Source: Myxococcales bacterium (GTDB lineage: Bacteria > Myxococcota_A > Polyangia > Polyangiales > Polyangiaceae). From it: 23,102 bases of DNA. How positions within the stretch are numbered: the first letter of the stretch is position 1; the number at the start of each line of letters is the position of its first letter. Below are positions 21,155 to 23,102 of the stretch, piece after piece. The stretch lies in the NCBI GenBank assembly GCA_043785185.1, contig JAYVXL010000160.1, positions 1 to 23,102 of the forward strand, in the 5' to 3' direction. The notes below the pieces were generated by a model. The model was not told the origin of the DNA, made no database searches, and worked only from the letters and a program-made list of their open reading frames with translations. Made by a program: the position numbers and the translations under genes.

Positions 21155-23102
21155 AGAAGTCACGTTGTCGCGTGGTGGGCGCAGAGGTTTATGCGCCGCT
21201 TGCACCCGCCTCCAGGCTTACGCCCTGAGGCTGTTCGGGAATCTCTCGCGCGCCTATCGCGTCGGGAGACCACGGACCCTGCGGTCAAGCATTACGGCCT
21301 GCCGCCATCATCGTTCGGTGAGAGAGCCTGCTCGGCCCACGTCCATTCGCGTGGCGTGGAATCGCGAGAGGTGCGTGTCGCTGTTCGCTTCACGCGCTTC
21401 AGTCGACTCCGCCTGGCGCATCCCTTTGCGTTCGTCGGCAAGCGCTCCGTCGAGCCGCCTGCACGTCCCCCTGCTTTCGCAGAGAGCCGCGGATGCTGAT
21501 CCCTCGCGCGGGGTGTCGCCCACCACGCTGGAGGAACCTGAACCAAGAAGAACCAACCTCTGACGTCCTCTGTCGCTCTTCAGGCACGGATCACCGGCTC
21601 CAGCCGACTCACCGCTGCCCCGACCGCCCGACGCGCCTTGCGACGCGAACGACGACCGGAGGATTCACCCGAAGGGCCAGCACCGCCTCGCGCTTCGCCC
21701 GTAAAGGCTCGGCGTCCGAACGATGCAAGACGTCTAAAACAGTCACCACGAAGTCCTGCGAACCTTTGCATTCGCAGGGCCCAGCCGCGCGCCTCGTCTG
21801 TGAGGATTCATGCGCACGACCAGCGTACCCGTTCGCCTTCGCTCCTTCACCGTCCGCGTCAGTCGCGGGGCTTCCGCACTCGGACCGGTGAGCTCGCTCG
21901 GGCTAGGTCCCGCACCGCCGAGCCGCCTTGCAGCAAACCCGGAGAACGAGATCGAGATACGTCTGAGCTGTTTCTGCTTCCCTACACTCCGTCAACGAGC
22001 ACCCGTACCTGACTCTTTCCGGCTCATCGTCACCGACTCTTCATCGGGCGTGTACCTCGGCGGGATGCTGCCCACCGAGACCGGAGACCTGCGCGTTTCA
22101 CGACGCGCCGTGGTCGCTTCAGCGAACCGCCTTCGCACTGAGGGGGCCTATTGGGCCGACCCGCGCACGGAGACGATTGACCTCTGACGCTCCTGTCGCG
22201 ATCCTCCCTCGATACCGGGGCGCGCCTTTCGCGGTGCGCGCGGGTCCGATTCGGAGAGTTTCGCCGAGACCGCTTCTACTCCGCCGCCGTGACGCGACGA
22301 AGCTTTTCCCGGTCCAGAGCGCCTTCGTTCGACATGGGATGCGCTGCTCTTCTTCCGCTCTCTCGAGCGGCGATCGCGCACCCTGTGCCCCGTGGAATTG
22401 CCCTGCGAGAGCTCCTCCTCGGGTCCCGAGCCGCCCTTTCGGGAAGCCCAAGCCGGTCTGGCGTGGTGTTGCGCACCCAGCCCACCGGGAATCGATCTAT
22501 TCGTCGCCTACGGCTCTCTCCGCCACGCGTAGCTTCGCAGCGAAGAGCCTCGTTCGATTGGCGCGGGCCGCATGAAAGCGGACTCGACCAGGAACGATTC
22601 GGTACATCCGTAGGCCAGGCTCCCGTCCACCGCGTCCCCCGTCCCTCTTTCGAGCGACTACGTATTGGGGGAAGGGCTTCTTAGAGCCAAGACCGCCTGT
22701 CGACTTCTGCAAATGAGACATTCAGCGTACGGGCACATCCGCGAGATCGCCTCCGCGCCCGCCTCGAGACCTCGTTCCTCTTGCGAGGCGTAAGGTCCCC
22801 CTGCGTTTGCCGTCACGAACGCGCGCCCGAGTTTCCCCGAACGTGCGCGCCGTGGGCAGCGCGCCATCCCTGCACGATCCGAGCGGGTTTGCTCGGACCA
22901 CCCGACCGTCTTATAGGCTTCGCTGCACGTTACCGTGCAGCAGCTACCTTTCACCGGCCAGGTCGAGATGCAGCGACGGGCCGACTGTCCTGAAGCGAAG
23001 GGCTCGCAGCCTTTTGGGCGTATTGCGAGCTCCCCTCCTTCGAAGGCAGCCGAGCATCCCTCTGTCACCGACCTGCTGCCACGGACACCTGGAGTGCGTC
23101 CG
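21155..23102 (-). ncRNA. Candidate long structured non-coding transcript(s), class unknown; may continue beyond the window
   Basis: No credible ORF on either strand. G+C is lower than in the flanking genes, and the plus strand is C>G and T>A. GNRA-capped hairpins appear only when read on the minus strand: 21467-21486 GAAA, 22355-22370 GAGA, 22922-22941 GUAA. A minus-oriented terminator lies at the low-coordinate end. I could find no match by eye to known RNA families. Confidence 0.25.

Noticed and set aside
21308-21556. 82-aa minus-strand ORF (TTG start) inside the ORF-free region, with a less junk-like translation
   Set aside because: My hand count gives about 68% G/C at third positions, against roughly 90% in the confident genes. 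There is no Shine-Dalgarno motif and no recognisable protein motif. The ORF also contains the GAAA hairpin. It is kept only as a possibility to test by ribosome profiling.
21557-22200. Repeated motif CCTCTGACG(+TCCT..GTCGC) at 21557 and 22181, which suggested ~620-bp tandem units in the ORF-free region
   Set aside because: Only about 9 exact nucleotides are shared, and the sequences downstream of the two copies do not align. Several shared 9-mers are expected by chance within 2 kb.
21055-23102. Known RNA classes in the ORF-free region: rRNA, tRNA, RNase P, tmRNA, group II intron domain V, cobalamin riboswitch
   Set aside because: I looked on both strands for signature strings: 16S/23S universal blocks, a T-loop GGTTCGAATCC-like arm, GAGGAAAGTCCGG, the tmRNA 3' end, a 34-nt AGC...GAAA domain V helix, and the GCCACTG B12 box. 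None was found. A GGTGAATCC / AGCCGGTGATCCGTGCC resemblance to cobalamin elements lacks the B12 box. Reading by eye cannot fully exclude these classes.
1-23102. CRISPR arrays, transposases/integrases, toxin-antitoxin or known defence-system genes
   Set aside because: There are no regularly spaced direct repeats. No DDE/HUH/tyrosine-recombinase-like, nuclease, helicase or ATPase (Walker A) motifs were noticed in any credible ORF. The window looks like chromosomal envelope-protein loci rather than a mobile or defence island.

Overview
High-GC bacterial chromosomal window in which G/C-ending codons dominate real genes. The composition and the density of PEGA-domain, Cys-rich and lipobox proteins suggest a Myxococcota-type genome, but that is inference only. 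I support 17 protein-coding genes.

- 1-3335: ordinary genes. These are a 5'-partial S9 serine peptidase, an LRR lipoprotein, and a ROK-family polyphosphate glucokinase on the minus strand.
- 3366-7497: a plus-strand string. It holds an octaheme c-type cytochrome lipoprotein, a 424-aa protein of unknown function, and a run of small ORFs. The coding signal in those small ORFs changes frame three times, the first time exactly at a dnaX-type A_AAA_AAG heptamer.
- 7556-21053: an envelope/surface island. It contains a Cys-rich lipoprotein (minus strand) and a five-gene translationally coupled operon of exclusively exported proteins (beta-barrel-like, coiled-coil, 847-aa TSP3-repeat lipoprotein, PEGA plus beta-barrel, Cys-rich lipoprotein). 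It also contains a minus-strand pair (a VWA-domain lipoprotein with a 3 x 47-aa six-Cys repeat, and an overlapping secreted protein) and a 572-aa exported protein.
- 21055-23102: about 2 kb with no credible ORF, lower G+C, and a C-rich plus strand. Its GNRA-capped hairpins and an intrinsic terminator only make sense on the minus strand. This is my best candidate for something undescribed (a large structured RNA or a long structured UTR), but it is unproven.

I saw no rRNA, tRNA, CRISPR array, transposase, integrase or recognisable defence gene. All protein calls rest on motif recognition by eye, because no database search was possible.
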